Assembly (NCBI GenBank): GCA_963823665.1
Contig: CAWGMQ010000004.1
Span: 2,112,001 to 2,176,000, forward strand
DNA from: an uncultured Planctomycetota bacterium
GTDB lineage: Bacteria; Planctomycetota; Planctomycetia; Isosphaerales; Isosphaeraceae
Reading direction: 5' to 3'
Length of the DNA: 64,000 nt
Part shown: piece by piece, positions 63,101 through 64,000 of the stretch
How the letters are laid out: the number at the start of each line of letters is the position of its first letter
Position numbering within the stretch: position 1 is the stretch's first letter
Translations under genes and position numbers: made by a program
Notes under the pieces: generated by a model
The model's input: only the letters and a program-made list of their open reading frames with translations
What the model was told of the DNA's origin: nothing
Databases searched by the model: none

Positions 63101-64000
63101 GCCTCCGACGGGCGGTTGGTTCGAACGCTTGATTCGAATCCGTCTCACGATCTCAAGCGGCTGCGATTCGGCCCGCGTGAGCGAGTGAAGATTCCCACCA
63201 AAGACGGGTTTATCCTGGAAGCCGAGCTGGTGCTGCCGCCGGATCTCGACCCGGGCAAGAAACATCCGGTCTGGTTCATGACATACGGTGGGCCTCATGC
63301 GCCCACGGTCTCTGACTCGTGGGCGGGGGGGCGCATGTACGACCAGGCTCTTGCCACTGAGGGTTTCATCGCCTTCAGGATGGACCCGCGTCCTGCCAGC
63401 GGTAAAGGTGCTAACTCAGCGTGGACTGCCTACAAGCACCTGGGAGTGCAGGAGCTCGAAGACATCAAAACAGCCATCAACTGGTTGAAGCAGCGGTCAT
63501 ACGTGGACGGTTCCCGGATCGGTATGGCCGGCCATAGCTACGGCGGCTATATCACCGCCTACGCGATGACGCACAGTGATCTCTTCGCGGCGGGTATCGC
63601 TGGTGCGCCAGTGACCGATTGGCGTGATTATGATTCGATCTACACCGAACGCTATATGGGGCTGCCGCAGGACAATCCGGAGGGCTACAACGTCTCGTCG
63701 GTTGTGCGTGCCGCCGGCAAGCTGCACGGCAAGCTGCTAATCCTTCACGGTGTGATTGACGACAACGTTTCGTTCCGGAACTCGATGAGGTTCGTCCAGG
63801 CCCTGCAGGAGGCGAACAAGGATTTTGAGCTAATGGTATATCCATCGTCCCGCCACGGGATCTTTGGACCGCACTACAGCAGGATTCAGCTCGACTTCAT
63901 CAGGCGCACCCTGGCCGAGCCCAAACAGCAAAAACCGGTATCGCCCGGCGAAGTCGCATCGGGTGGGGCGGTGATAGAACCGGCTCGACCGGTTTCTGTA
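60197..64000 (+). CDS. M14 zinc carboxypeptidase fused to DPP IV (S9B) peptidase; runs off the window end
   Basis: Absent from the ORF track because there is no stop. MSHVMHLIAALLPLFAQ signal-like start; GNIHAGEVCGKE (HxxE), DLNRDF, DTHTTNG; then DWVYFEEI, WWSPDS, YPKSG, YGGP, GHSYGG (63530), DDNV, RHG, with start and end in the same frame. Confidence 0.92.
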   Translation, partial: MSHVMHLIAALLPLFAQIPDKGDVLKTVAERSEYRATARYDEVAAWCQAFAKTTPLAHLTELGRSSEGRSIPLLIVADPPVRSAAQATRSDKLIVFAIGNIHAGEVCGKEALPMLLREICSSPHPALLKDVILAVAPIYNTDGNERVSKTNRPGQVGPEEGMGQRANARGLDLNRDFIKLEAPETQGLVRFLNQWNPHLFIDTHTTNGSYHRYTITYEGPKTPAGDSQVISFMRKTFFPEVTTAFEKRTDLKAYYYGNFNRDHTQWTTYPAEARYGTTYVGLRNRLSVLSEAYTYAPYKTRVLATRDFVRECVETAVKHKAEIIKVLDGARERSAHATPSSPNAPVEMAAIQSKVRAAGEPVTVLGYVETQENGRRKKTDTTKDYALQLMNEFEPAESVRRPFAYLVPASFPQAIEAIKRHGLEVQEMREDLELDVEVYRLDKVERSPRRFEGHQSIKLATTSRRESRMIKAGSLVVRTAQPLGDLAIYLLEPGSEDGLATWNFFDEGLKDGVDFPVVRLARPAPMTVSPAEPLAEDRGPIRPITFQSAGGGGGRRGGGGFFGRQQWVDDEHWLQVRDGRLVKVHAATGRAEPFVDAKALAKSLARIPSLDADTAQAIAGGMSFDMDPKHRGFLFEHAQDLYYASFDLATAVRLTNAPGREQFPKFSPDGKAVAYVRDFDLYAVDIASQSEHRLTTGGRDDLRHGHSDWVYFEEIWNRRWPAYWWSPDSKQLAFMEFDDSGVPYHTVIDDTGSTRREEKTHYPKSGEPNPKVRFGVVTALGGPIQWADLSDYSPDSFLISDAGWWPDSSAAYCYAQNRTQTWLDLVKFNPGGQGSVKRVFRDSTKAWIESNGPIHWLDDGSFLWLSERDGWKHLYHYAGDGTLKTQLTSGNWEVRALEHVDTKNGWAYFTATRDNPVATNLYRLKLGGGSMERLTQSEGSNTASMSPQGGYFVSNWSDIRNPGNTRLFASDGRLVRTLDSNPSHDLKRLRFGPRERVKIPTKDGFILEAELVLPPDLDPGKKHPVWFMTYGGPHAPTVSDSWAGGRMYDQALATEGFIAFRMDPRPASGKGANSAWTAYKHLGVQELEDIKTAINWLKQRSYVDGSRIGMAGHSYGGYITAYAMTHSDLFAAGIAGAPVTDWRDYDSIYTERYMGLPQDNPEGYNVSSVVRAAGKLHGKLLILHGVIDDNVSFRNSMRFVQALQEANKDFELMVYPSSRHGIFGPHYSRIQLDFIRRTLAEPKQQKPVSPGEVASGGAVIEPARPVSV

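Overview
GC-rich bacterial window, very likely Planctomycetota (Isosphaerales-like: planctomycete export motif, planctomycete-type ECF sigma, Ser/Thr kinase-WD40/TPR giants). Both ends hold ordinary genes: 1-10.3 kb has a hydrolase, POT peptide transporter, S9 peptidase, DUF983, TlpA, SirB1-like and helicase-associated proteins, and 60.2-64 kb has an M14 carboxypeptidase-DPP IV fusion that the ORF track misses. The main signal is a ~28 kb CRISPR-independent accessory island (10.4-38.6 kb). It encodes an ECF sigma factor, a Zn-finger/kinase/DUF4384 protein, a kinase-TPR protein, an SGNH hydrolase, four CHAT proteases (TPR-CHAT, TssK-GAF-CHAT, CHAT-STAND-PP2C, CHAT-NB-ARC-WD40), a double-STAS protein and a caspase-HEAT-pseudokinase-kinase. 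Two patterns suggest these form one system. First, an R-[DN]-M motif recurs in loops or insertions of six proteins, including the caspase's own post-catalytic linker (candidate shared cleavage site). Second, a bipartite DNA motif, (CG)TCTGAG-N15/16-CCCTAT, occurs four times upstream of island genes including the sigma gene (candidate ECF promoter). Downstream are a 2.4 kb cluster of decayed genes, two giant paralogous WD40/TPR proteins with different N-terminal heads (nSTAND NTPase vs kinase), and an IS110 element with inferred ends, a junction promoter and a candidate bridge RNA. Many single-base frameshifts look like long-read consensus errors. All domain calls come from motif recognition by eye, not database searches.
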